Assembly: GCA_030704615.1 (NCBI GenBank)
Contig: CM060734.1
Coordinates: forward strand, 62,558,001-62,622,000
DNA: 64,000 nucleotides
Direction of reading: 5' to 3'
Origin: Takakia lepidozioides
Lineage: Eukaryota > Plantae > Bryophyta
A program made the position numbers and the translations under genes. Positions 24,361 through 37,249 of the stretch are shown here, piece after piece. The notes beneath the pieces are model-generated. The model made no database searches, was not told where the DNA came from, and saw only the letters and a list, made by a program, of their open reading frames with translations. Each line of letters opens with the position of its first letter. Within the stretch, counting starts at the first letter, position 1.

Positions 24361-27300
24361 CTAAGGAGAACAAGAGCAACCCAAAACATACCTCTTATTC
24401 AGCTTCTCGACTGCATCTGAGGCAAGTAAAAGTGTGTCGCTGGCGCGCTCCTGAACAGTGTACAATTCATTGGTCCCCCGGACCCGCACAATAACCCAAG
24501 CATTATGTTTAGTCCGGACACAGACTTCAAGGTCTGGATCTTGCTGAACACCCTCCCTGTCCGCCCTCTCCTTCTCCAAGTCGATCTCTGCCCGCACCTG
24601 GTTTAGTGCCGCCAGTGACTCCTACAGGCCAAAACCCAAAGCTACAGCTATGAGAGAGGCTGCACATTGTCCTTAGCTGCTATTATGATTCCCCAACCTG
24701 TATTACAGAGTTGCATGGCTGGGGTCTGCCGAGAGCCCTACACAACACAACTTGTACTTCTAAATATTGTTAGCTCTAATGGAAGACTGAATGTGGCCAT
24801 GCCAACACTGAAATTTATGGCTCAAGGCACTATCCTCGGGTAGAGGAACACTGTCGAGACTCCTCCACTAGCATACAATTCTGCAGGAGTGACCTGACTG
24901 TTTTTGGCTCCCAAACTACTCACAATCTGAGACCAATTATCTGACTGCAACAATGCCCCGGTTGGTCATCTGGCTGCGTGAGATGGAGCATCTTGAATTT
25001 TTGCGGCATCCAAAACTTCCCTCCTGTTGGCCTCATTGAAGGTAACTTCTTGCATCTAGTGCGGCGTAAATCTTGAGCAATGAAGCTTCTTGGGACATTC
25101 TAACACGGAAAGGTGAAAAGGGGGCTCTTACTAAGTCTTTAAAGGTACCCCCACCCACGTTTCAAAATTGAGCTGGGGAAACTGCAGCGGGGAGCACAGA
25201 AACAACTGAAAGCGGATAGCAGAGGCAGTGGAGGCAGCGGAGAGAGCAGCGGAGAGCGGGGGGGCATAGCACCTCACCTAAATGGCTCAAAGCAGCAGGT
25301 AAAAGTGATACAAAACTGATCCTTTTCCAGTTTTTTTGTCATGGATTTGGACTCTTGCATGCCCAGAACCCCCTGTCATTTATATTTGTTTTCTGTGGCT
25401 TTTTGAGCCTTCGAGGTTTGGAGAGGATAGGATGAAGGACTGCGGGTTTTTGTCAAACAAGGGACGAACCACCCTGCGTTAGCGGCAGAAAATCTCCCTG
25501 CCGGGACCCTGTTTCGAATCTGATAGAGCACAAGTATTGTGTCACAACCAAACTTTCCACTGGCTATAGAAAAACAGGCCTTGTCAGCATACATACCAGT
25601 GAGAGTGTAGCAACCTTGCTCGGGGGGGATGCTCTGGCAGTCTTGCTGACACGGTCACAACAGAGATATCGATAGCCAGGAAAATGAGCTGAATTAGCTC
25701 CAGCAGACTCTTTTGCCAGTCTCTCTTCGAGCTTCTCTATCTTCTGGGCAGCCTGGCACAAGGCACAAGGCACAGCTACTGGTTACTGAAATTGTGTATA
25801 ATTTCGAACATGAAGTTAGGCTACTGTGTCCTATCCATGGAAATTCAGCTAACGGAGCAATTCCTGCATTTGAAGCAAATACCATGAACAGCCACCTGTC
25901 TCATGCATTGATCAAGAATAATTCAAGGCCAACTTGCCATAAGATTCGACTTGATGAACTCCACTAGGAATGAGAAGGAAACCTATGTGAAAGGTGACTC
26001 TCACACAGTAATGCCTGAGCAGCACATAGTACCACGCCAAGGAACAGTACTAAGTTCCCCTGCAACCCCGGCTTTATCGCAATGCAACAGAAATCAGAGT
26101 CTCATTCACACACCAGAACTTCTTAGTAGTCACCAACAACACCAAAAGACCATTCTGGCAGTTGTGATAATCGATATTTCAATCATCTCCTGTGGAGTTG
26201 AGTGGCATGCTACCTTTTCAAGCAGCTGTCCTTTCAAGAATGAGAGCCCATCAAAGCTGCTAACTGAAGAGCGAATTGGAACAAGCATAACCAGCGTGAC
26301 AGCCCGACATTGATACACACACAAACGCATACGCTCCTCTGACTGCTGTAACCAAACTGTGGGGCCCATGGCATGCGACCCCTGGGCATCAGCTCCCCAA
26401 CTGTCAGTGCGCAAGAATCCATCCCCATCTCGCCACCATGCATCAGGTTGCAGTGGTCTTGGAACCTGCAATCTGAATCCATGGTCAAGGGGTGATGTGT
26501 CCCGTGGTGATGCCACCTGCGGTGAGCTTGTGGGTGCCTCTGAGGTGTGAACTGGAATCACATTCTGGAAAAGGGTACGAAGTTTGGAATGACCTGCATG
26601 GGTCATGCAATTTATCTCATAAGGGTGAAGACTCCCTTACATTTTCCACTTCATTAGTGCAACTCCAGACGACCTGATGTCAAAGCAAACCCATCTGTGC
26701 TGGCAGCCTATGAATGTCTAGAGTAGATGGATGATTTTGGATTCATATACCATGCTTCCCCATACTTCGAACACCCAGTAACCATCAGATTACACCTCAT
26801 CAGATCTCTCTTGGTCTTAAATTTCCACTTCACAGTGATAGGGCATTATAAATTATTTCTTTTAAGGGGGTTTTTGTAGTCAACATCTGGGGAACCAATG
26901 ATTAAGTACATTCTCTGTCTGTTTGCACTCCCACAGGACTGGAGGTGCAAGTACAGCCACATGTATCTCAGTGGCTGGAGAAGCACACCTCAAATGTCAA
27001 AATGAGCCTCGACGTAAAAAAGAATAAATGCCCTGTAACTGGAGTCATTGCCTGTTCCCAACTTCTCTTGCAATTTTGGGTTGACTCCCGTAACCTGGTG
27101 GGCTGAACGTTTACTATTACTGCACGATGGTCAGTATCCAACGGGACTGTGCCCTCAAGAGTATATTGTAGCCACCACTCTCAGGGAAGGACCATGAGAT
27201 CACAACTCTATTGGGTTTAGAATGCGAAAGTTGCTCTCAAAAACTAACTAAGGGCCTCCCTACACTTGGGGCACCAGGCTAAAGGTACCCATTCTCCCCA

Positions 27301-30300
27301 TTGACCCTCTTGCTCACCCGGAACTACAAGGGTTGCCCCAAAAGCATCCCTTTTTCAACCCTACCTTGAGAGGGTTTGGAAAGGGGTGGGCAGCGGTTTC
27401 TTTCTAGCAGGTCAGTAGTGTCCGTAATGGCCCTTTTAAGTAACTAATTTGTGGGCAGGAGGTCAAATTCCATTTTTAAGGCAAAATCAAAGGTCAGTAA
27501 TTAACAGACCTGGCCAGGTCTCACTAAACGGCTAATGGAGACATGTGGTCCAATATCTAACCCCTTAACCAATCTTGAATTAACCTGGATTTGAAAGAAA
27601 GGTTCCCTGTCAATGGGGACAAGGCCTTAGCCATACCTGTCTTGAGTGAGAAGCAAATCTGAGTCCAACGATTTTCCTGCAAATTTTGCCAGTTACTCCA
27701 ATTGCCAATGCAAACTTCTAGAGTTGATGAAAGTACCGGCAACTGATGCTGCGGATTGACCTGCTGGTTGGCCTTTCCTATGGCTGGAGCGCATGGCAGA
27801 AGAAAGGGAGATGGCTAATGGTGTCAAACGAAGCGTGGCATAAGCAAATATTGCTGCTGTGTCTCCCTGCGAACTACACAGCTTCTTATTCAGACATTAG
27901 ATGATATCCAGTCCTGTAACTTGGAGAGCGATCCAAATTGAGCAAATAGAACATAATGTACTCATCTAAAGCAAAGAAACAGAAACAACTAGACAAAATA
28001 CGATGGATTTTGGAAGGCTTAGTCACACAGGCTTTGCAAGAGTGACAAGTGGATCCTTTGGCAATGTTCTGCCAGTGTCATGTGGTGAGACTATACACAC
28101 TACACACATGAATGAGTCCATAAGTTTCTAATGTTAAGCTTTCAAAGGCATCATGCACAGATCTCAGGGGCATCAACATGGACACAAGAATTAGACTGGT
28201 GCCATAACAAGTACATCAGCATAATGGAAATCTACCTGATGAGAACTGCATTACAAGGAAGGGGTCTTTAGTTCTACGAGGTAGTTATCTTCAATGACTT
28301 TTTCTATTGGTGCCATGCTAGGAATCACCAGCCAACAAGGGAAGGAAGAGGACAGGATATGTATACCGAAGGTAATGTGCTGGAGACAAGACAATTGTGG
28401 AAGAGAATGAGTGTGTGTCGCACAGTTTCCCCTCCACACCATGACTCCAAAAGCCCTATCAAAGACTACATTAAAAATCATTGTCAAAGGCGTAAATTTG
28501 TTGAGCATGAATGCATTTGATGACAATTGCTTTACAACGACTTCGAGTTAGGTTTCATTATTATTTGTCAGAAGGTCAGAGGAAGACTTCACCCAGAAAA
28601 ACCGAACAGATGACAGTAAGGCCTACTTCTCAGCAAGACCATAATGCTAGCACAAAACTCAGAATAGCTGCATTTGCCACCTCATCTGAGCCTCCAGAGA
28701 ATAACACAAAATAGTGGTACAGAGTACAACCTGCATGAAACTCTGCTTGGCTGTAACATGTTCTATGGCAATCTGCTGAATCCCAGAGTAGCAACACTGG
28801 CCAGCTACAATAATCGCTACCATAAACACTAATGGGAGCCAGATATAATATTGCAAAATGGGAATACATCGAGCTCTCTTCAATCACTTCATGCTCAATG
28901 TCGCTTAACACTCGCTCAAGCCTACCTGCGTATGAAGAAGCGTGTCACGCTCAAGGCAGAGTGGCTGCACAGCTCCTCGCTCTGTCAGGCCCTCCCCTGC
29001 AGAGGGCATCCGAAGCTTCTTTCCCACCAGGAATTCTGCATATCCGATAAATAAGCCTGGGATCATAAAGACAATATAGAGGGCTTGGATCGCTGATCCA
29101 AGGGAGAACATAATAAATGACATTTGCAGGAAATTGCACACAACCACTCATGGGGGGCAACGCCACTTTTGCCTTTATTCTGGTCTTTGCCAAGAAAGTG
29201 GGCAGACTGGTGAATTACTTTGGCCGACGCCATTGAAAGATAAGTTTTACAGATGCTTATGCAGCTAAGTTCCTGTGTTTGACCTTCTGTCATCTTTAAG
29301 CAAGCATCACTGCAGCTGGTCTCTCCTTTAAACAAAGGGTTATGGACTGCTCTCTTTGCTTTCTGCCTTTCACACGACAGCAATTCCCTAAGAGAGTGCC
29401 CATTACCCTTCTGCCTGGGTAAGAGACAACAGGAAAAGGAAAAGAGAAAGACACAGGACAATATCAGGAAAAATCTGATCCACAGTAAACCTTGCTTCTT
29501 TGTCTTTGTTCAATAGAAAGGGAAAGTAGTCCAGAATCCTTCAGTACCAGCAAGGTAGTCAGGAAGAAACGCATGCAGGCAGCTACGTGCAACATCACCG
29601 GTTGGATGCTTTTGCAGCAGTGCTCGAATGGAGCCATAGAACATAGTGAACAGGTCATGGACTTCCTTGAGCACCCCTTCCAAAGCAGCACTTCTCACTG
29701 TCTCTTCCCCCTCCTTGCTCTTCTCTACAACCTGCTCTCAATACTAATTAGGCACCGCCTAGTGTAAGTGCTTCAGTCTAAGGGAGCTATGAAACTCCCA
29801 CATACAATCTGCCACGCGAAAGAGAACCTGCCAGGAGCATGAATGAAAGTTGTACCTGGTAAGAGCGGCTGCTAAACACATCAAAAGCACATGATAACCA
29901 AACATTGGAGGGAAACATTACCATGACCATCCAAATGTCAGGCTCACACTGGAAAAAGATGTGGCAATGCCGCTCTGCTTGCATCACTTGGCAAGGGTTC
30001 TCAGGAGAGAATATCCTGCAAAGGCCCCAAAATAACAAGCACTTTGAAGGGTTAATTAGTATGGCAACACAAAGGGAGGGGACACTATATGAGGAACTTA
30101 CAGCACTTGACTATGCTCTACTCTGAATCTAGGAATGCTTGTGCTTTGGTATTTGGTCTAGAAACACCTTCCTATTGAGAATGGGTGCTTACTTTCATGA
30201 GACCACCGCCCCCTCCATCTGGAGCATGGGCTGAAAAGGTACTGTTGTGATTCTGTACCTACTGCTGACTGAAATGGCTGAAAGGTTATTTTTATTGTAG

Positions 30301-33300
30301 AAGGGAGAGCAATTGACTTATTAGGACAAGATATAGAGTCACCTAAACTTACCTCTCCTCTCTTTGCTAGTATGACCTGCTGCAGGGATGACATTGATAA
30401 CAATTGTGAAGGGGTTTAAGCCTGGAGTTCCACAGGGATCACTAACCTGTTGGTTTGTAGGTTGGCTGTGATGGATCCAGGTGATGCCAGTTCACCTTCT
30501 TTTGTTGCAGAAAATGCTACTAAGGGCAAGAGACTAAGGGAGTGAGGCTTTGAGCTATCTCAAAACTCAATTCTGTTCGTATGTGTTGTTTCTGTACACG
30601 TACTTCTGCTGTTTTGCTCTAGGGTTGAAGGATCTAGGAGCTTGTACCTACATGGAAAGAAGTTTCCTTGAAGGTGACATTCCAGTTCTGTTGCTGCTTC
30701 CCAAGATATGAATGTGAGGAGGCAGAGCGGTTTATGAGAAGGATCTACCTAGTGTGCATCTGATTGCCACCTAGGACACATGAAACTAATTCTTCAAGTA
30801 AGCATCTGTATTGGGATGTATGGAGGCGGATCTGGATTGTGACACTCTGGGTGTTATGAAGTCGCTAACCTCACCCTCCCATCCTTATGGTTAGGGTGAG
30901 GTTACTATGTCAAGGGTTGCCTAGTATGCACCAACAGTCCTAATGTGGTGAGTATACATCTCCACACCACCCTCTCATATATACATATCCCCACCCTCGC
31001 TCCCTCTCTCGCTGTATCTCTCTCTCTCTCTCTCCCTCTCTTTCTCCCTGTCCTCTAGGAAGCCTATTGACATTGGGTGGACTTGATACGGGAGTACATT
31101 AATGTCTCTGTGACTAAATGCCGGCCTTGTGACCTCGTGTCCTTGTTTGTTTCGACCTGAAGCGCTTTGCTTCAGGTAAGGTAGTGCATTGGATTTAGTT
31201 GGAAAGCTTGGGGCCTTTCCCTCTTTAGAATATGCCTACACGGGCCATTCCCTGCAACTCCCTGGAGTGTGATCTCTGAATGGTAACAAGCGGACTCCTA
31301 CCGCTTGGGGGCAGCCCCCCCGCCCGAATTGGGCAGTCGTATGCTCTGTCTAGCATACTCGGCACTTGGGCTCGGGTTGGTTCCTGTGCTTAAACTTATA
31401 GCCTGCGAGAACAATCAAAATTTTAGCTCCTATCAACATCAACACTCCTCAGGGTGATTCCTGGGAATTGGTTACTTATGCCAAATCTAGGGCTTCATGT
31501 GTAGTTTTTGGGGTGAATCCCAGGATGGACGATGTGTCCTTTAAAACTACATGCTCTAGCTTAGGCTTGGATTTCATGGCTAATGGTACCATCTCGAGAC
31601 TTGATAACAGGGGTACGTTGAAGGTTGCAATGACCAAAAGTGCTTCTAATAGAGTCCCACATCAATTCAATCTCAAAGAAGTTCGTCCCTTGACTGGCTG
31701 GAGAGCGGTCTTAGACATTGGTGATTCAATGGGGCGCTCTAGGAAGACAACCAAGGGCAACGACTTCAACTTGAGAGTTTCTAATTGGTTTGATGCTCTG
31801 GATGAGGTTGAATCCAAACAGCCAGAAGGACAAGATGCCCCTAAGTGTACGGAACCTGAACGTCCTGAATCTGAAGGATTTGGTACTCTGAATGGTTTAC
31901 CAATCCTCAAGGTTTACACAAGACAAACAAATTCTATACACGGGGTAATTGTCCCCAAGCCGTCAGATGGACAATCTGTCCCTAAGTGTGCAGAGCCTGA
32001 ACGTCGTGTAACTGAAGGATATGGTTTACCAATCCTCAAAGTCTACACAAAACGAGCAAAATCTATACACGGGGTAATTGTCCCCAAGCAGTCTGACGGA
32101 CAATCTGCCCCTATGTGTGCGGAGCCTCTTCTCTAGTGGCTCAGCGGTTCCGGATTGACGTCACGATGTCCCGTGCCCAATACTACCAACAGAACCATTT
32201 CAGCGCTGGGGGCTAGACTTCGTGGGACCCATTAAACCTCCAGCAAGGTACACACAAAACCAATACATCCTCACAGCCACTGAAAGATTTGGTACCCTGA
32301 ATGGTTTACCAATTCTCAAAGTTTACACAAGACGAGCAAAATCTACACATGGGGTAACTGTCCCCCCTTTGCAGAACGGTTGGCCGTCCAGGAGCAATCA
32401 CAAGCTACCTAGACAACAAACAATTCACATGCAACGGGCTGGCTTGCGGCTGGCCACTTTCAACTTCTCAGGGTTGACCAACCAAAGGAAACAACTCGAA
32501 GTGGGACAAGTTCTTCGGACTAAGGAAATTCATATCTGTGCTGGGCAAGAAACATGGGAAACGTCGGATAAACTGGTTGGAGATGTCAATGGTTATAAAT
32601 GGGCAGGTAAGATGTGTACTCTCAAGGCAGCCTCTGCCAAACGCGGTCAAAAAGGGGTTGGATTCTTTGTCCGTGATTTCTTGTTTGACAATTGTGAAAT
32701 TATCAACAAGGGTTTGAGGTACGAGCATAGTATCTGGCTAAAACTGAATCTGAAAGGCGGCATGAGTACAAAGGACCTCTTTGTGGGTTGTGTTTACATG
32801 CCCACAGAGGGGACCCTTAGTACTGACGCAGACAAAGCCTTCGAAGATGTAAAGCTGGACTGTGCTTCGTTCCTTGCCAAAGGTCAGGTGGTACTATTGG
32901 GGGACTTCAATGCCTGGGTGGGCAAAGGGATCCATCAGGACGATATCATTGGACCTTTTGGTGAGGACGAGCTGAATTCTAATGTCAGACGGTTAATTAA
33001 CTGTCTAGAAGAGCTTCAGCTTTTGACCTTGAATAACAGGACAAGAGGTGACCAAGTGCAGTGGACTCGTGAGAAATCCCAAACTGGGGAACGTTCCATT
33101 GTGGACTATATCATAATGGACAAAATTGTGTTCCCCCAGTGTGCCAATGTGTTGATCGACAGAACTGATTGGTACCTCTGACCACTTCCTGGTTTGGACT
33201 GAGATCAAAAGGTGTTTTCCCACCACCAAGAGATCTGTGAAACGTTCGATTCGGAAGTGGCGCATAGAAAAATTCCACAATGAGGAGGTCAAGGCTGAGT

Positions 33301-36300
33301 ACGTCCAGGCCTTGCAAGAGGCTCTCCCTCATTTTGTCCAATCGCTCCAAGAACTTCAGTCACGCTCTGTTAACGCAAGAAATGAAGTCGAAAGAGCAGT
33401 GGACTCTTGGGAGAGTTTCGTTTCCTCCGTGGCTGACAAGATCATTGGGAGGAAACTAATTGTCTGCGGTAGAGCAGTTAATTGGTGGACCAATGAGATT
33501 AAACTCAAGATAGCTGAGAGACGAGCCCTCTATAAAGAGTGCTGCAATTTGGAAACCAACAGAGAATTGTGGGCGAGGTACTACCAGCTCCGTAAAGATA
33601 TCAATCAGCTTGTTAGGTCTCAGAAGAAATTATACTGGGACAAGTTATACAGTGAAATAAACTCAAACCACCATGGTGGTAATGACAAGAAATTCTGGTT
33701 GGCCCTTCAACGTTTGTACAAGCCGAAAAACGGTCAGCAAGTACAAGCGCTGAAGACTACTAAAGGTGCAGTGGCGACTTCATCGGTTGACATTGTCAAA
33801 ACCTTTGAAACTCACTACAGTATCCTTGGCAGAACTTCTAGGTCTAACAGTGAGGGGTCTTCTGCTGAATGGAGGGACACAGTTGGAAAAACTGTTCCTA
33901 TGATTCAAAACAGCCCTGATGAACTGGAGTATATTTCAATGGCTTATAATGCTCCCATTAGTTCTTCTGAGATTGTGGAAGCAATTGAACATTTAAATGG
34001 ATATAAAGCTGGTGGACCTGATGGTATTGTCAACGAGCTTTATCAAGCACGGTGGCGATCCCATGATAGAGGCCCTAGTTCTCCTCTTTAACCTTATCTG
34101 GAAGACTGAAATGATCCCCTTTCGCTGGCGACAGGGGGTCATTGTCAATCTATACAAGAAGGGTGACAGAGAAGAACCGGGGAACTACCGTGGCATCACG
34201 CTCCTCAATGCTGTTGGCAAGACATTCTGCAGAGTTATAAGTACTCGTCTCGAGGTTGATCTGGAGTCTAGAGGTTGTTTCCACGAAGGCCAAGCTGGCT
34301 TTTGGCGAAACAGGGGCTGTGTGGATCATATCTTCACTCTAAGCCAGATTATCCAGGGAAGGAAAAAAGAAGGGAAACCCACTTATGTCTTTTTCCTGGA
34401 TGTCAAAAAGGTTTATGACACAGTGTGGAGAGATGGCCTATGGTTCCACCTCTGGTCTTGTGGGATCAAGGGAAAGATGTGGAGAGTTGTCCACAACTTG
34501 TATGCTCACACCAAAAGCTGTGTCACTGTTAACGGACAGAAGTCCAACTTCTTTGACATAGACCAAGGTGTAGCTCAAGGATGTACTCTCTCCCCTCTGC
34601 TCTTCAATGTTTTCATCAATCAACTCCTCGAGGATGTGGAAAGTGAGGGATTTGGGTTAAGGGTGGGTGATACCACCATACCAGCCCTTATGTTTGCGGA
34701 TGACTTCGCAGGCATAGGGGAGACTCCAACCAATCTCCAGGAGTTGATTGATTGCGCGAAGAGATACTTTGATCTTTGGGGGCTAGAGGCTAATGTCAGC
34801 AAATGTGCAGTGGTAGCATTCAACGACAGAGGAGAGGGAGGAAGTGATCTTAAGTGGCAGTGGGGTAGCCAAGAGATCCCGGTCCTCCCTTCCTACACTT
34901 ACCTGGGCGTTGAGTTTTCCTCCAATTGTAATTGGGATGCACATATCCGGAAAGTTGTTCAAACTGGCAAGGGCAAAGCTCTGGGGCTCACTAAATTTTT
35001 CCACTGCAGAGGGGTCAACTCTGAGGTTAAGAAAACCATGCTTTGTCGCGTTATTAGACCTGCCTTGGAGTACGGATCTGCTATATGGGTTGATAACTCC
35101 AACCAGGCTAAGTCTCTAGAATCCATTCAAGTGGGGGTGCTTAAGGAGTGTATGTCAGCATGCTCCAAAACAGCCAATGTGGCTGTTCGGGGTGAGTTTG
35201 GCATTCCATCCTTAAGCTCCCGACAAGATGAATTCAAGGTCAGATGGTGGGGTCAGCTGCAACATATGCCCAACACCAGATATCCTAAGTTAATCGGCTC
35301 TATATCTTGGAAACAGGACCGCCCTGTCAAACAGGCTAAGTCCTGGCAGAAGAGAGTAGAAGAGATTCTCAAGGACCTGGACCTGGATCCGCAGGTCTTG
35401 ACCCTGCTGGATAAATCTGACTTAAAGGCTGTAGTGTCCAAAGCCATGTCTGTTGCCATGAGATTGTCTGATGAAAATGAAGTTAGGCAGAAAACTTCCC
35501 TGAACTTGTTTCCAGTCAGTGACATGGGGGAGGACATCTTGGATGACCTCAAGGGTCTACCCACTCTCGGCACTAGACTGAAATTTAAACTCAGGGCGGG
35601 AAGCCTACCTTTGAACAGCAAACAGAAGCAGAGAGGAAAGGGAGAGTGCAATTGCCCGTTGTGTGGGCAATCTGAAGACAGTATTCATTTTCTGATACAC
35701 TGTCCGGGGTTCTCTCACCAAAGAGACGCTCTCTTCAACTCTATCAAGGGAATAGTGCCTGTACCCCTGTTTACCAACTTTGAAAGTCTCGAGGCTGAGC
35801 CAAAAGCCCAGGCCCTCCTGAGGCCTAGTTTTTGGGCAAATCACACACAGCAGATTGATGCTTGTGTGAAGGGATTTCTAGAGGATATCTGGAAAACCCG
35901 GATTAATTCTTTATATGAAGGTAAGTCTTACTACCAACGTCAGCCCCTGACAGAGGTAGGTTCTGTTCCTTTTGTTCCCGCTCAAACTGGGCGCGGGGTC
36001 AATGGCCACAAGGCTACGGCAAACAACGTCTTATGAGTACAATCTCTCATTCATATGCAAAGGGCTGGCTTGCGGCTGGGGACATTCAATTTCTCAGGGC
36101 TGACTAACCAAAGGAAACAATTCGAAGTGGGACAAGTTCTTCGGGCAAATGTAATTCATATCTGTGCTGGTCTGCGGTAGAGCTGTTAATTGGTGGACCA
36201 ATGAGATTAAACTCAAGATAGCTGAGAGACGAGTCATCTATAAAGAGTGGTGCAATTTGAATACCAAAAAAGAATTGTGGGCTAGGTACTACCAGATCTA

Positions 36301-37249
36301 CAAAGATATCAATCAGCTTGTAAGGTCTCAGAAGAAATTATACTGGGACAAGCTACACAATGAAATAAACTCAAACCATCATGGTGGTAATGATAAGAGA
36401 TTCTGGTTGGCCCTTCAACGTTTGTACAAGCCGAAATGAAAATCTTGCCCCCTAATCCCTGACTGGGCTTCCTCTCTTTCCTGTCTCTCTCTTCCTCTGA
36501 ATCACTCACAAGAAAAAATTGAACATGTTGGAACAGCATAGCCTCTGCAAATACCTTGTGAAGGTAATGAGGCCTTCGCTGAGCCCAATTACAGAGAGCT
36601 GTGAGGGCAGGGGGCAATCAGAGGGAGAGAAGAAGAGTATCTTGTCCAGCTCATGGCCTTCCTGCTGCCCACGCTGCATGTCAAAGACACATACCTGCAC
36701 GAAAAATTGCAGATTTAGAGCATACTAAGCCATACTAAGCAGAATTCTATGCATTTGAAAGTGCTTACAGACCCTGGATGAGTAGCTTGATTGTAGCCAT
36801 AGTGCAGCAGTAAGGTGAATGCTCCTTCAGCTCTTCCCTGCCCTCCTTCCAAATGAGAAGAGAAGCCAAGATAATAGGGATATTTAGGTTAAACCGTGGA
36901 AAAACCCTACTTAGTCATTCCGTTTTCCAGTTCTACTCTGGAAAAAATTCTTAACGGAATAACGGGACAGGCAATCCTTGAGTGGTGTTAATAGAGACGT
37001 AGCCACATACAAGGAATGTAATCGTAAGCACGAAAGCAAGACAGCAGAATATTAAGGTCCTCCCAACCACAACAGTCGCTGGGGGAATTCGAAGGAAAAT
37101 AGAATGCAAAACAAAAGCTCCAACAGGAAACCTTCTTGCAAAATTATGGTTGTCTGTAAGAAGGAAGACTGATTTGTTTCAAGGGAATAGATGAATTAGG
37201 TTCACAATGAAACACAGTTTACCTGCACCGATTCCGCCCATGCCCCCAT
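24361..37249 (-). CDS. CCZ1: Vacuolar fusion protein CCZ1 homolog (MON1-CCZ1 Rab7 GEF subunit), multi-exon
   Basis: Exon 1 37249-37223 (MGAWAESVQ). Exon 2 36694-36555 (VCVFDMQRGQQEGHELDKILFF...QLSVIGLSEGLITFTR). Exon 3 30015-29922 (IFSPENPC...EPDIWMVM). Further exons encode LFTMFYGSIRALL, FPGYRYL and EVCVRTKHNAWVI...LLLASDAVEKL. The exact 3' terminal exon is uncertain. Confidence 0.88.
32177..32284 (+). mobile_element. Captured fragment of an LTR-retrotransposon (Ty3/Gypsy-type) integrase core
   Basis: Translates PILPTEPFQRWGLDFVGPIKPPARYTQNQYILTATE, the PF..WGxDFVGP...Y.L.A.D start of the rve integrase domain. Confidence 0.75.
32429..36036 (+). pseudogene. LINE ORF2 (endonuclease-reverse transcriptase), broken by two frameshifts
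   Basis: Consecutive ORFs 32222-33181, 33237-34091 and 33997-36036 in shifted frames together give one ORF2. Shifts lie near 33175 and 34040. Confidence 0.88.

Larger units (their letters stand above)
31050..36440 (+). mobile_element. Non-LTR retrotransposon (LINE; APE endonuclease + RT; RTE/RTEX-like), antisense within CCZ1 intron 2
   Basis: ORF1-like region 31468-32136. Endonuclease motifs ATFNFSGL, QETW, LLGDFNA and SIVDYI. RT motifs NYRGITLL, QAGF, GVAQGCTLSPLLF, FADD and YTYLGV. C-terminal CPLC...H.L.HC. Clade assignment is tentative. Confidence 0.9.

Noticed and set aside
27050-27820. Possible degenerate LINE ORF1 remnant in a CCZ1 intron
   Set aside because: No diagnostic motif could be identified by eye, so there is not enough support to call it.
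36760-36800. ATG at 36800 (-) as the CCZ1 start
   Set aside because: Its splice phase does not fit exon 2. The 27-nt exon at 37249-37223 joins in phase and resembles known CCZ1 N-termini.
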